DNA from: the human T2T-CHM13v2.0 reference genome, Homo sapiens
DNA: 64,000 nt
NCBI RefSeq assembly: GCF_009914755.1
Contig: NC_060945.1
Strand: one strand, 5' to 3'
Under the pieces are notes generated by a model that did no database searches, was not told the origin of the DNA, and saw nothing but the letters and a program-made list of their open reading frames with translations. Below, piece by piece: positions 1 to 15,844 of the stretch (positions are counted from its first letter, which is position 1; every line of letters begins with the position of its first letter). The position numbers and the translations under genes were made by a program.

Positions 1-384
1 ACGGGGGGCCTTGACTATTATTTTATTTTAATTAAGAATGTTGGTTACAGGAGTGAAGGGATAAAGTCAGGTTGCAATGAGGCAACCTTCCTGTTGGACA
101 GGGCCTCCTGCAGCTACTGAGTTTCCCACTGTGGTTGTGAACAGGCTGGACACGATGAATGTTTACATGGTGAAATGCGGCCCCTTGTGGCCTGATTGGG
201 GAAACAAAACAAAAAGTCCGACTCACAGCCTGAGAGTGATACTAACCTACTTTACAGCATGTCAAACAGTGACACTGAAAAAATGACTACGGTACTCAGC
301 AAAATTAGTAATCACACCAAAACGCACCAACATATAAAAGAACCATTTTATTCAAGAAAGCCGGGAAGAACTGTCCCCTAAGTC

Positions 385-875
<491 letters not shown>

Positions 876-2320
876 GCCAGGGGCTCGAGGGAAGGGTTGG
901 CCAGGTCTCCTCTGTCAGGGCCTCCTCGCTCCAAGACCGCAGGCCTCTGGAGGGCATTCTCTGCCTCGCCTTGGCCTCCCAGGGGTTACAATTCTTTCCC
1001 ACACCCAAGCACTGAGAAGGCTGGGGAGCCACTTTTCTTTCGCATCTTCAAGCTCAAGGGCCTCCTTACCTCAGCTCAAGGTCATCATTTCCCCCTAAGA
1101 AAGAGTATCCTGTGAGGAGACAGCCCACTCCCTGACACCTTCCTAGCCTACTCTGGACCTTCCTACTTCAGGAAGCAACCATTCCAGGACGGCATCTGAC
1201 TGTGTCTTATGGATTCCGCATTCATGAAAGCCACAGGTTTCTTTCTTGATCACTGAAAGCAGCAGGTGGTTTTCAATGCCATTGCCTCCAAGTCTCCTCT
1301 TGGGATGTGCCTGTCTGAAGGTGGCGTTAATGTGTATCTGCCGGGCTTCTCCCTTGCACCCAGACAGCGCGCACTGAGGCCCACTCCGGCATCTTGTTTC
1401 CAGTGTCAGAGTGGCATTCACACCCCACCCCACCCCCAATCCCAAGAATTCATTGTATTTGGTTATGAAGAAAATCTTTAATACAAAGTATTTTTAACCC
1501 AGTGTGGGAGGAGAAAGACAGAATAAATACAACAGTAGAATGATCACAGATGGGTAATTACACATGTAAATGAGCTCAATTTGGTAAATTTCCTTTGAGT
1601 TCCTATTTACCTGATTAACATTTTATGCTAGCCCCACAGCACCACTGCAGTTTGGGTTACTTTCTTTTTACTCTTATATGTCAATTCTGAAATATGAAAA
1701 GCAATTTTGAATACTTTGGTGGAACCATTTTTCTCAGCTTTTTTTTTTTCAGATTTTTCCATTTACCATCATAACTGGTCTACAAAGTATGAATTGCCTC
1801 CAGTGTACAAGGTCCCACAACATGTTGGATCTCTGGAAAACACAACCCTAGTATTCCAGGAACAGTTCCCACAAAACTAGAATACAAAATCTAAGTAATA
1901 AGGTCAGACCATGCTGAAGTCATTTAAGAATAATGAAGTGGGAGAAATGACATCTGACTGAGAAATCAGCAAGGGCTTCCTGGAGGAAGTGGCACTCAAG
2001 CAAGATCTTGAAGGACAAGTAAGAACTGTATATATACAAAAGGGTCAGGTGTGAGACAGAGAGTACACAGGGCATATCCAGGGGATGTCGGCAGATCATT
2101 AGAAACTCAGGACCAGGGACCCGGGGAGACAATTGAGGGCTGTGGGAATTAGAGACACAGGAATGATCACTGAAATCCTGGCAGGGCGGAAGTAGCCAAG
2201 AGAGACTGCAGAGAGAGAAAGGAGGGCAAAGGCAGAGCCCGGGAGAAGCAGGAGGAAGGTGAACTCCGGCAAAGCAGCAGCAAGGAGGCAGGAGGCCACT
2301 GGGCAAGTCGGACGCCATCA

Positions 2321-2660
<340 letters not shown>

Positions 2661-4888
2661 TAAAATAAACCATACACACTCAAAAGTGCAGATATAATGA
2701 ACCCCCACCCGTGCCCATTCATAAATAATCAGCAGAGATTAAGATGAGGGCCATACTATCCCTTTTGCTGTGTGGTTACTTTACCGACATTTTACCACAA
2801 ACCCCAGGCCCCATGGCATCCAGCCCCTGCATACATCATTATGCCTCGCTCAGAAATGCGGGCAATCAAGAAGAAAATGTTAAAGGGGAGAACAATTTTA
2901 AATTGTTGGAAATTTTAGGGATTTCAGACAGACAGTAACACTTTGTAGGAACTCACTGGCGGCCTTCAAGAGAGTAGTTTCAGCAAGATGCCTGGAGGAC
3001 CAAAAGCCCAGAGTTGAAGTGTTGAGTGGGCAAAGTCAGTGCGGTTAAAAATAAGAGAGCAGTTCAGCGAGGTGCCTGGGCCACGGGAGGGCTCTTTGTC
3101 ACCAAGATGAGACGTAAGTATGCTTGCGGGTCAAGATAAAGAATCAATAGAGTGGTTAGAGAATGAAGATGTGAGTAAACAGATGCTCGATGCAGCAACA
3201 TTCATTTGTTCCATTGAAGATGGAATGAGCACGTATTACGGGGCTGCATTCTTTTTGGCCCAGGCCATGAGATGGATAAAATCCCTGCCCTCGTGGAGCT
3301 AACACTCCAATGGCAGGACAGACATTAAACCAACAAACAAATGTAAAATATAATGCCCAACAATGATAACCGCAATAAAGTAAAATAAATGACTCAAAGG
3401 AGGTGGCACACGACACAGCCAAGAAGACACACGGAGAGGTGAGAGCTTGAAAGAGAGGCCAGACAGTACCTCTGGGCAGAAGAGGGGCTGGGGGATCTGG
3501 TAGCCAGAGAATCTCAAGGGAGGGACAACTGCAGGGAAAGGAACTCATGCTGAGTTCACTGTGTTCTACAGAAGAAAAAGAGAGAAGCTCAGGATTTCTA
3601 AACCCTTCTAGACGCTAAGATTGCTAATACTATATTAACTGACGCAATGTCCCTTTATGTGTTTTACTGCTAAAAAACAAGCTCAGAGTGAGGGAAGAAG
3701 GCAGCCATGCACAGAAGGAAGGCACTAGGTCTGCTTATTAGCCAAGTGGGACTTCAGGCAATTTAAAGTCTCTGAGCCTCAGTTTCTGCATGTGTAAAAT
3801 GGGTATGATGCTTCCTACGGAAGAGGGTTCTGTGAGAATGAGGTAGTAACATACATGGAGCCCCAAGCACAGTGCTCCGCACCTCCTAAATGATCGTTAA
3901 GTGCTATCTTAGAAAAGAAAAGCCATCCCTAGGGAAGCAGTTGTGACAGTCAAAAAGCAGCTGTCCTGTTTTGAGAAAAACCCTTGGAAGGCTTCCTAAG
4001 GTTTCTCCTCAAAATGGCTACATGCTCTTCTTTTTGGTTTGGAAAATGTTATGCAATCAAACACACGTTTTACTTTCTCAAAATTTCTACTGTTCTCAAG
4101 AAGCCCCCAAAATGACAAGCCCCGCAGCTCCTGGTAAGGGTGGACAACGGTTAATGGAGAGAAACGTGAAAGTGACGACATCCTGGAGAGACCTCAATTA
4201 TCCCATTTCCTCAGATCCACACAGTTGGTTCATGGTCTCACTTCCCCCCTTTCAACATTTCTCATTTCCTTTCAGGGTTACGTGAATTAGAAGGTTGAAG
4301 AGCCCTTGAAGGGTCACCTTGTCCATCTCTGCCTTAAAATTAGATAAGAGAAGAACTAAAAACCATGGTGGTAATTGTTCAGGGAAAAAAAGAGTTATAG
4401 AGTTCATTTAATTTTGTTAAGCTAATTAGTAGAGGTCCACAGAGCCAACTTGAATGAAATGAGGCCAGTTCTATTTGAAATCACATTTAGGCCAATAAAA
4501 CTCTAGGCCCCAGCACATCCATTCCTCATCCCAAACTCCCCTCCCTTCTCTACCTTCGAGCTTATCACTGGGATTTAAACAGGTGTGACTATCCCAAAGA
4601 AACTACAACTCTATAGACTGGCCATGACTGCACTCGTGCCCTCGTGATTAGCTGCCTAAATAGTGAATTAGCCTACAGATAGAACTCAGCTCTCACTAAA
4701 AAAATTAATGATCAATACCCAAAATATGTCAGATTAGATCAAAAAATAAGTTATTCTCCCTTAGTTCAAAAGTCATTGCTAACAAATTGTCTCTGGGTGT
4801 TCACTGGCAAGCAACTGCCCAGTTATTTATCCTATCTGGGGAGAGCAAAATAGATGTACATAACATCAACTACTTATATAAAATTTTA

Positions 4889-5313
<425 letters not shown>

Positions 5314-5439
5314 TTAGACGTACTAAACGAAAAGATGTTAGGACTTGTTCTTTTGGGTGTTGAAAAGAGAAGTCACTTTCTCTTTTCAACTTTAAGTCAA
5401 ACAGTATAAAAGGAATACACAGCAATATGCTGCAAACCC

Positions 5440-5606
5440 AGCTGGGGTCGGGGAAGCCTTCTTTTTTTTTTTTTTTTTTAAGCACTTTCTGATTTCTCAG
5501 GTGTAAATATCCCCATTATGGCCAATTTCAAGCTACCAACAGTTTAATGACCAGCTGACAAAATTCCTGAAAATTTCATAATTGGCTCTCCCCTGCACAC
5601 CACTGG
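5440..5606 (-). mobile_element. MER63-like hAT DNA element
   Basis: GGCCAATTTCAAGCT...AAAATTCCTGAAAATT...CACACCACTGG. Confidence 0.6.
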
Positions 5607-6802
5607 AGCTAGACAAAGAGGTGAGTGGTCTAAGATTTCTTTCATGCCCTGTCTTTTATTTGGTTAGTAAACTCAGTTGTTAAATAAACCACTAAAAAGT
5701 GTGAATTTCATACTGTATAATCACATTTAAACAAGCTTTTAAATATGGTTCTCATCCTAGGTGATCATTAAAACTCAGGTTATAAAATAATATTCGATTA
5801 TATAGAAATATTTTTAGGAAATATTTTAAGTGAAAATAGTGTGACCAGTATGACCCCAAATTTGCATATAAAAATGACTAGAAGGATATACCTCAAAATG
5901 TGAGTAATTATTAATTGTAAGATTATGTGCTTTATTTTCTTCTTTGTGCTTTTTTCTATTTTTCAGATTTTGTGCAATGTTTACAACTGGGAAAAAAATA
6001 AAGCCAATAAATGTTATATAGTTTAGAAAAAATATATAGCATTTCAGATTATGTATAGACTGGCTACAAGACTGAATCAGATTGACTCTATTTAAATAAG
6101 GCTAAATCTTTATCCTTTATTTTTATGATGTTTTACTGCTTTCAAAGTAGTGTCATATGCATTATCTAATTTGATCATCCTTGACGCAGGGAAGACAGGT
6201 TATTATACTTTCATTATACAGATGCAAAAACAGATGATTACATGATTTGCCCCTGATCACATGGCTAATAAAGCAGTTAAACTGGGACTTTGACCCTGGA
6301 TTTCTGGTTGCTACCCCCAAGACCCTCCTTCAAAAACAAGCTGGGGGAAGCTTTGCTCATGGCTCCTTGGTTTAAGAAGTTCCTACTGAAAACCTAGATC
6401 TGATTCTGCAACGGGTCCCTCTCCTGGTCTTGAGCATTTTAAATGTCCCATGCTTGACTAGAATCATCCGGGTAGGACACATGCCATTCAGGCATCGATG
6501 CTACACAGAATGGTGCCTCCAGTGGACTCTTTAGCTTGGAAATGTATGAGCATGACTGGAGAACTTGCCAAGGACAGCACCCACACTCTGGGATGAAAAA
6601 CAGGCACAATGTTCTACAAACATCCAGTTACAACAATCTTTAAAGGCCGCATACCAGGTTCTGGAATCAGTTTCCCTATCTTCTCCCTAAAGAACTAGGG
6701 AGTGCCCTTTATGAGAATGGCCGAAGGAGTAACTTCTGGGGAGATCTGTCTGAAGCCTCTGCTGGGTCCCGTGTGGTTTGGCCTGGGACATCCGCCTCCT
6801 GC

Positions 6803-8468
6803 TGAGAGGTGACAGCGTGCTGGCAGTCCTCAGAGCCCTCGCTTGCTCTCGGCACCTCCCCTGCCTGGGCTCCCACTTTGGTGGCATCTGAGGAGCCCTT
6901 CAGCCCCCCACTGCACTGTGGGAGCCCCTTTCTGGGCTGGCCAAGGCTGGAGCCCACTCCCGCAGCTTGCAGGGAGGTGTGGAGGGAGAGGCACGAGCGG
7001 GAACTGGGGCTGCGTGTGGCGCTTGCGGGCCAGCTGGAGTTCCGGGTGGGCGTGGGCTTAGTGGGCCCCGCACTTGGAGCAGCCAGCCAGCCCTGCTGGC
7101 CCCGGGCAATGGGGGACTTAGCACCTGGGCCAGTGGCTGCGGAGGGTGTACTGAGTCCCCCAGCAGTGCCGGCCCACCGGCGCTGTGCTGGATTTCTCGC
7201 CAGGCCTTAGCTGCCTTCCCGCGGGGCAGGGCTCAGGACCTGCAGCCCGCCATGCCTGAGCCTCCCACCCACTCCATGGGCTCCTGTGTGGCCCGAGCCT
7301 CCCCGACGAGCACCACCCCCTGCTCCATGGCGCCCAGTCCCATCGACCACCCAAGGGCTGAGGAATGCGAGCACAGGGCACAGGACGGGCAGGCAGCTCC
7401 ACCTGCAGCCCCGGTGCGGGATCCACTAGGTGAAGCCAGCTGGGCTCCTGAGTCTGGTGGGGACGTGGAGAGTCTTTATATCTAGCTCAAGGATTGTAAA
7501 TACACCAATCAGCACCCTGTGTTTAGCTCAAGGTTTGTGAGTGCACCAATCGGCACTCTGTATCTAGCTGCTCTGGTGAGGACATGGAGAGTCTTTATAT
7601 CTAGCTCAGGGATTGTAAATACACCAATCAGCACCCTGTGTTTAGCTCAAGGTTTGTGAGTGCACCAATCAACACTCTGTATCTAGCTGCTCTGGCAAGG
7701 ACGTGGAGAACCTTTATGTCTAGCTCAAGGATTGTAAATACACCAATCGGCACTCTGTATCTAGCTCAAGGTTTGTAAATACACCAATCAGCACCCTGTG
7801 TTTAGCTCAAGGTTTGTGAATGCACCAATCAACACTCTATCTAGCTGCTCTGGTGGGGCCTTGGAGAACCTGTGTGTGGAAACTCTGTATCTAACTAATC
7901 TGATGGGGACGTGGAGAACCTTTGTATCTAGCTCAGGGATTGTAAACGCACCAATCAGCGCCCTGACAAAACAGGCCACTCGGCTCTACCAATCAGCAGG
8001 ATGTGGGTGGGGCCAGATAAGAGAATAAAAGCAGGCTGCCCGAGCCAGCATTGGCAACCTGCTCGGGTCCCCTTCCACACTGTGGAAGCTTTGTTTTTTC
8101 GCTCTTTGCAATAAATCTTGCTACTGCTCACTCTTTGGGTCCACGCTGCTTTTATGAGCTGTAACACTCACCGCAAAGATCTGCAGCTTCACTCCTGAGC
8201 CCAGTGAGACCACTAGCCCACCGGGAGGAACGAACAACTCCAGACGCGCTGCCTTAAGAGCTGTAACACTCACCGCGAAGGTCTGCAGCTTCACTCCTGA
8301 GCCACCAAGACCACGAACCCACCAGAAGGAAGAAACTCCGAACACATCTGAACATCAGAAGGGACAGACTCCAGACGCGCCACCTTAAGAGCTGTAACAC
8401 TCACTGCGAGAGTCCGCGGCTTCATTCTTGAAGTCAGTGAGACCAAGAACCCACCAATTCCGGACACA
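6803..8468 (+). mobile_element. Solo LTR12C (ERV9 LTR), full length
   Basis: Starts TGAGAGGTGACAGCGTGCTGGC, ends CCAATTCCGGACACA; 4-bp TSD CTGC at 6799-6802 and 8469-8472; tandem CCAAT enhancer repeats at 7480-7995. Confidence 0.95.
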
Positions 8469-8621
8469 CTGCTTCTGGACCCTTACTCCTGCTCACAGGC
8501 AGTGCTTCCCCAGGGCTCATTTACCAGAAACGACCACACACTGGGTTTTCCAATTATAAGAAACAAAAACTTGTTGCCTCAAGTAGTAGGTTTTAGCAGG
8601 TGGATATATGGGACAAGTTAA

Positions 8622-8649
<28 letters not shown>
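8622..8649. repeat. (AC)n microsatellite
   Basis: Direct inspection. Confidence 0.95.
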
Positions 8650-8652
<3 letters not shown>

Positions 8653-9895
8653 CTGATGAGACCTCACAGAAAGCCAGAAAAGCCATGCCACCAGGCTTCA
8701 GAGAAACAAGCGGCCCAGGACAGGGTGGCCCACAACAGGGGAAGTCCCCTCTCCTGCCAGTGTCACCATGCAGCACAGACAGGATGCAGCACTCCCACCT
8801 GGACCCCAGCCTTGGAAGTCCCTCTCACTGTGATGGCAAGGCCACCCCTTCAGGGATGCCACAGGTTGAGGCCAAAGATGAAGACTGTCTTATGAAACAC
8901 AGTATTTCCTGGATTGACGTTCAGATGCTTCAGTGGAGACCATGTAATACAAATGTGTGCTGGCTTCTGTCTGCAGCCCAAGGGAGCCTCGTTAACTTCA
9001 TGTGAAGAACCCTAACAGGAATACACGTGCAGAGATGGAAAGGTAATCAAAGGCCCACTCTAGAGGCAGCCACTAAGGCATGAGCTACATTTATCTTCTG
9101 ATCTGTAACAGAATCTTAATTAGTACCAAGATATTAGAAATTACTTTTCATTGGTGAAATGAGTTTTCAAGATGAGTGAACTGGCTACAAATATTGTACA
9201 GCCCCTTCCTTCCCTAGTATGAACAGGGTATAAGGAATCGGGGAGCCAAATTGCCTATGGCTTTGGAATGGAATCTGAAAATGCTTGCTGGAGTACTCTG
9301 TAACCTGCACAACCAGAGAGTCAGCTGAGTCTTGTGGCTAAAATACTCTCTCATCTGTTTAGAATGCATTTTCACACAAGGTGCCACCAAAGCACCTAAG
9401 AGGACAGACACCTGGGACTACATCGAGCTTACTGCAGCTGGATGCTGCCTTGTTGCCAGCGGGTGTTGACGTTTGCTTCCACAGCACCATAGTCTGTTAG
9501 TGGGAGAGTAGCCTGCGAGAGAGAACGCCTAAAGGACTCACTCAACGTTAACTGAGGCTGTCGACAATCTCTCAGAAAGAACAGAAGAATCCTGCATGAT
9601 CCAGTCAATGTGACTTAGGACCTTTTGCTCTGAGAACTTTAGTATTCTCACAAGTAATCAGGGAACTTCGGAGCAAACGCTGAGTTACTCATACCACTGA
9701 GTACTGTTCCGTGACCTCACTCACACCCAGAAACAAAGGGGTCTGGGGAAATTTGGGGTTACCTTTATATTCCTGAGCAGGCCTTCCACACTGCCATGCT
9801 CAGTAATGTGTGGATTTCACAGCACCAGGATTTCTGATCTCAGTTAAATACAATTCAGTTTGTAAAAATCAATCTTAAAGCACTTTGTTTTAATC

Positions 9896-9901
9896 TTTAT
9901 T
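9896..9901 (-). terminator. MIS18A: Probable MIS18A poly(A) signal AATAAA
   Basis: tttatt on + strand, ~800 nt past the stop codon, with U/GU-rich sequence downstream on the minus strand. Confidence 0.7.
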
Positions 9902-10446
9902 CTCTTCAATTAGAAAAATACATACTACAAAAGTTTCACATTATAGAAAACAGAAAAAAACAAAAATTCCCCCAGAATCCCACCCTCAGAGATGGTTACT
10001 CCTCTTTGGTAAGTATTCCTCCAGGTTTTTTAAGCATATAGTAGTACATAAGCAGGAAAAAGTAAAATCCTACTATATATAAGCAACTGCTCTTGAGCAA
10101 GTTTTCAAATGGTTCTGACAGATCATTCTGACCAATTTCTCCAGGGAACTTTATGGATTAGTTTTCAGAGAAGATTCCATGACACTGTGGGTAGACAAAC
10201 CTCTAAGATTTTTCTTATCATTTATAATAAATGTTGTCCCAAGTGTTAAATGTCAAAGTTTTTAAAAATAGTAAATAAATGTGATACAGAGGAAAAAAAG
10301 TTCAGAAAATTATCCCAGTTTCTTATCAAAATCAAAACTCCTAAGTCCCAATTCCAACAAGTACCATAAAACGTCTTTAAAATGCGATTTTGAGAAACAA
10401 TCACTTCTTTATCATAAAATATAGCTATAGAAGTAATTCTACAATT

Positions 10447-10635
10447 TTGGGTTTTTTTTTTGAGAGAAGGTCTCACTCTGTTGCCCAGACTAGAACACAG
10501 TAGTGGCATGACCAAGGCTCACTGCAGCCTCAACCTCCCAAGCTCATCTGATCCTCCCACCTCAGCGTTTCGCATGCCTGGCTAATTTTTTTTTTCTTTT
10601 TTTTTTTGTAGAGACGACGTCTCACTATGTTGCTT
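10447..10635 (-). mobile_element. Internally deleted AluJ within the MIS18A 3' UTR
   Basis: Alu right-arm and partial left-arm sequence with poly(T) tracts. Confidence 0.85.
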
Positions 10636-10692
10636 CATTTAACAAATAAGGGGAGGAAGGGCGGGGGCAGAATGGAGGACACAGACTAGAGT

Positions 10693-10773
10693 TCAGCTTT
10701 TACAAGTGGCAAAGGACAATTTGGATTCGGCCTCCCACAGCTTCATTTGTAATGCTTTCAAGACATCTTCCAT
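10693..10773 (-). CDS. MIS18A: MIS18A coding exon 5 (terminal)
   Basis: aatag acceptor; [29 protein letters not shown]; exon total 334+67+123+97+81=702 nt = 233 aa + stop. Confidence 0.97.
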   Translation of the reverse strand: [26 protein letters not shown]

Positions 10774-11362
10774 CTATTGAATTTAAAAAATAAAAAAATA
10801 AAGAAACACACATATAATTAAAAATTATACATGGTTAAATATAATTAAGATATACACTTAATGCAATTTTGGATATGTCATACATTACAAGGTAGATATT
10901 CAGTGTTTAACAAAACTATTTAGAGGCATAAATTTTTTAAAAATAAAGCATAATTCTATCAACAGTAGTTCTCAACCTATAATCTACATCTCTTTTATAC
11001 AATCATCACCATCTCACCTATCTGGCAATGAGAAAATGTTAACATCCAACAACAAGGCTATTTATACCACAAGAATTGAATCAAACAAAATACTGATTTG
11101 AATCAAAGATGTATTTCTAGCTTTGCAGTGTTTTAATATATAGTTTTGATTTTGACATGACATGTCTTCCTCATTATTTTGTTGATTAAGCTTTAGCTTT
11201 TGAGTTCCCCAAAAATCAACTTTACTAACAACTGAAATGAAATAAGCACACTCTTCCTGCAATCAACACAGATGACGTTATGAGAATTATCGTTTGTGGG
11301 GGAGCACTTCTTCACTGACAAACTGTTCATACAAAGATATAAAATGTACAGAATAAAATTAC

Positions 11363-11459
11363 CTGTGTTAGAGACTTTTCTATTTCAACTCTGCTTTCAA
11401 GATTAAAAAGCTCTTTATCTTCTGACACAATTTGCTTTTCAGAGGACCCTAAAACATAA
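11363..11459 (-). CDS. MIS18A: MIS18A coding exon 4
   Basis: ttcag acceptor, GTAATT donor; 97 nt; [32 protein letters not shown]. Confidence 0.96.
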
Positions 11460-11487
11460 CTGAAGTACGGTACAAGGTTAAAATACA

Positions 11488-11788
<301 letters not shown>

Positions 11789-12063
11789 CTACTGAACTAC
11801 TTTCAATTTTTAAAAACAACTGAATATACTTTTATTCCAAAAATTTTCTCACAGTGTTTTCTCCTACAATTTAGAGTGTCTGACTTTTCCAATACCAAAT
11901 AAAGAAGGAGGTCAAAGCAAAAAAAAAAAAAAATTACTGGCTTGTTAGAAATCATTACTTGAAAATATATTTAACCAAACAGTATTGATTTAGTTCTGAC
12001 AATTCCGTGCCTTAACTTTCTGAAACACCAGTTGTGAGGTAAACATTTATATATCAAACTTAC

Positions 12064-12186
12064 CTTTCAATGGCTTCAACACTGAGGCAAAACAAGTCTC
12101 TCTTGTAATCAAGATTCTTGGGCGTGCATCTGTACACGTAGCCAAGATTGAGTGAGCACCCCGCGCAGCACAAAGTCTCAAGGACG
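12064..12186 (-). CDS. MIS18A: MIS18A coding exon 3
   Basis: ttgcag acceptor, GTAAGT donor; 123 nt; [40 protein letters not shown], including the second CxxC. Confidence 0.97.
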
Positions 12187-12489
12187 CTGCAATAAAGAAA
12201 TGTCTTGCTTTAGGAAACGAAGCAGCAACTCATTATAATAAAAATCTCACTGTTAAAATCCATAAACACCTCAGTTTCTCAAGTATGCTATTCTGACCAC
12301 ACTAGGTCATACATAAAGGATAGGAAAAAATGATAGTAAGATATTTACAATAAAAATGTAAAGACAGCCACGATGCCTTAAGTATCAAATGACAAGGGAC
12401 ATACAAAAAAGTGACAAGAGAGAATATTGAGGTGGTGTTTTTCTAGAATATAAATTCCTCCATCTGGTACTAATGTAACAAAGTGGAGA

Positions 12490-12660
12490 ATAAATATTTT
12501 AGCCTCGCCAGCCATCTGGTGTCTGTCACTACTCACCTCTGCCATTGTAAAACGGAAGCACCTATAGACAATACTAACTGAATAACCTGTGTTCCAATAA
12601 ACTCGTATTCACAAATGGGTGCCCGCCCCATGGGCCATAGTTTACCAAACTCTGCTCTAG
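12490..12660 (+). mobile_element. MER58A-like DNA element
   Basis: AAATATTTTAGCC...GTTCCAATAAAC...GGGCCATAGTTT. Confidence 0.65.
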
Positions 12661-13274
12661 TGGAAGGTAATACTGCTTGGCTTAATAAAAAAAAAGTCTC
12701 TAAAGTTAGATGACAACCCATGTAATTGTTTCTTCATTCTAGTTACCTCTCAACTCAGGTTCCACACACTTGAATATACCCTCCCCCAAAGCCTATTCAT
12801 GTCTCCTTAAAACCTGGCTTAGAATCCAGTGTCTCCCAAACGCCTTGTTGAACTGACCCATCCAAATTTACCATTCTATAAATATACTAAAATTACCATT
12901 CCAACACATAGCAAAATGATAACTAGAGATTTAAATCTAGTAGTGATCACAGTAGTAAAACATACACCACAAACGATTTTTATTACAAAAGTATTCTAAC
13001 TCCTACTCAGTATGTGAAACACTTGTAATCACTAAATATCCATTCCTGCTATCAAGCAAAAGGGAGCTACCCAAGACTCACAGATTATAGACTACATCAT
13101 TGTTTACTTACAGATACTGAGACACTGTTAATTATTACAGCAACATATGGAACAAAGAACAAAATGGATCACCATCTGATTAAGTCATGAATTCTCACTG
13201 ATGATGTGATTAGCTGGATAGTATGCCACTGATTACATATTAAGTGTCTACGGGCTTTTATAAGCTTCTATATT

Positions 13275-13400
13275 TTAGTTTTATAGTAGAAATAGTCTCG
13301 CTATGTTGCCCAGGCTGGTCTCGAACTCCTAGCCTCAAGCAATCCTCCACCTTGGCCTCCCAAATGTGAGATTACTGGCAGGAGTCACCATACCCAGCCA
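13275..13400 (-). mobile_element. FLAM / Alu monomer
   Basis: Alu left-arm consensus. Confidence 0.85.
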
Positions 13401-14789
13401 GCTTGTTTAAATGTTTATATGAGAAATAAAAAGCATGTCGGTAAATCCCACTTAAATTACTCACAGTGAACAGGTAAACCTCCATGCTATATATCAAACC
13501 TCATTACCATTATAAGACCGCCTCACACCATTACCAAGACTGCAAACTAATATCTAATGTCATCAGCCAAGAAAGGACACTCAGAGAAACCAGAGGCTTG
13601 AACTCCCCAAATCCACTGAGCCATGAATAAGACTGTTTTATCCCGAGTTATCAAAATCAACCTAAACACCACCAAAAATAGGAACAAACCCATTCACACT
13701 TCTAGAATCATCTTGTGGAGCAATGAAGAGATGGTAGCTAGTATTAAGGCAGCAACTTTCCGCTTTCACAGTTGGCAAGAATTTGGCCAGCATTCACCCC
13801 TTTCATTGAACAGTAACATTGAGAAGGCAGTGCCAATAATCGTAAGGTGATGTTAGACAAGGAATAATCCGATTGTTAAGATCCTCAACAAAGGACAAAG
13901 TCAGACTTAACAGAGAAAACAGCACTGGCACCTTCACAACATATTTCTAAAGCCCACAGTGCTCTTGCTGACCATCAGCAGAAAGGCTCAGGCAGGTATC
14001 AAAAAATTCACAAGCATCCCAAAGCAACACGGGAGTGTGCAGCACACAACCCTAGTGAAGTCCAAGACAACTGAAGGCAGTCTAATCGATGGGTTTAGGT
14101 GATACAAACAGTATTAATAACTCTGGATCAAAGAGAGTGAATTCTCTATCAATCCTGATTAGAAAAAAGAAGAAAGTCTCGGTTTGGTGCTAGACTGTCT
14201 TTGACACTTGTCTCATAGTCGCAAATCTTTTAATAGTAACAGAACAGACCTCAGGCAGAGAACCAGCCAGGCAACAACATCTCAGCTAGAACTAATAACA
14301 TTTGTTTTCACTGTAATTATCTTCAGAGTTACTTTCTAGTTATGGCAAGTATGTATTTATGATAGTAAAAACAATCCTTTTAAGACAAATTTAAATAAAA
14401 ATTTTGAGTTGATTTAATTTTAAAAATTTAGTATGTAATAGCACAGTTGGTACCTGGTACACAAATAGGACAAAAATGATGGTGATATCAAAATGGCTAG
14501 AGCTAGAGCTAGAAAGTGGAGAAGAAAGAGCACTTCGAAGGCAGTAAGGAAGGGTAACAAGCATCATCCTAGCTCTTACTGCTAATTAGTCCTGTGACCT
14601 TAGCAAAGTTCTAGCCTCCCTGGGCCTAACTTTCTTCAACTACCAAATGAGAAATGATCTGAGGTGGGTTTTCCAAATTTTTATGGCCTGCATGCCGGCA
14701 CCACAATTTCTGTCACATCCACAAACCATCTGTACTATTACTAATTTATCTTAAATGGAGAAACTTTTTTTCTTTTTTTTTTTTTTTCA

Positions 14790-15260
14790 CTTTTATGGAA
14801 GAGATACATAGGGCAAAGGTTACAGAAGGGGGACACAGAGCTTCCAAGACCTTTCTAGGTACACCACCCTCCCGGCATCTCATATTCACCAATCTGGAAG
14901 TTCTCTAAAACCCATGGGTTTTTTGGAGGTTTTATAACACAGGCATGATTAATTACACCATTGCTGATAATCTCTAGCCCCTCTGCCCTCGATGGAGGTA
15001 GGAGAAGAGGTTGGGGTAGGGCCAAAACTTCCAACCCTCTAATCATGCCTTGGTCCTTCTGGCCCCCAATCCTGAAGCTACATAGAAGCCCCCCAGCCAC
15101 AGTCACCTCATTAGGATTAAAAACGACATTATTATCACTCCAGAGATTCCAAGCATCTTAGAAGCTCTTCTGTCAGAACTGGGGACTAAGACCAAACATG
15201 GTAACAAAAGATACCCTTATCACCCCATCACTCAAGAAATCGAAAGGGTTTTAGGAGCGA
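14790..15260 (-). mobile_element. MER21-like LTR fragment
   Basis: Reverse-complement similarity to the MER21-like copy at 38775-39430 (e.g. AACCCTCTAAT, TTCACCAA-TGGAAGTTCTCT). Confidence 0.65.
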
Positions 15261-15844
15261 CTAAGTATTGAATGTTTCTGTCCCCTACCACATGTATAAG
15301 TTGAAATGGTAGCTCCTAATGTGATGGTATTGGGAGGAGGGGTCATCAGGAGGTATTTGGTCATAAGTGCACAGAGTAATTTTTTTTAAATTGAAATATA
15401 CTTTATTTGATAGGATACTCTAGCATCACTAAAAATGAAAAGCCAGTATTTTTAATACACATTAAAATATACACATAATTAATTTTTGTTTAACTGTGTA
15501 CCACCTAAAGTTATTTCATACGCAAGTGTAAGATACAGTTTACATTTGCAGCAACAATTATATAGGGCAGCGCTTCCCACTCAGTTTGCTCAGGCGTCAC
15601 TATGGCACATGGGTGGCAGGTATGGCAAGATATTTGTCCCCTCTACCCTTAAAGTGGCCACACAGGGCTTCAGATTGCTGGAGCTCCTGTGTTGTTTGCT
15701 CTTGCCACAAACAGCCTTGTCTGTTTACCCCAATAGGCTGTGTGTGTGACAGCAGCATTTTATGTGTGTGCCATAACATGAGAAAGTTGGGCAGCATTAG
15801 CCTAAGGCACCCTTTAACATTGAGATTTTATAATATAGGTATTT

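Noticed and set aside
6687-8345. Multiple ORFs in the GC-rich block
   Set aside because: LTR12C U3/R sequence; no gag/pol/env, and the TSD shows a solo LTR
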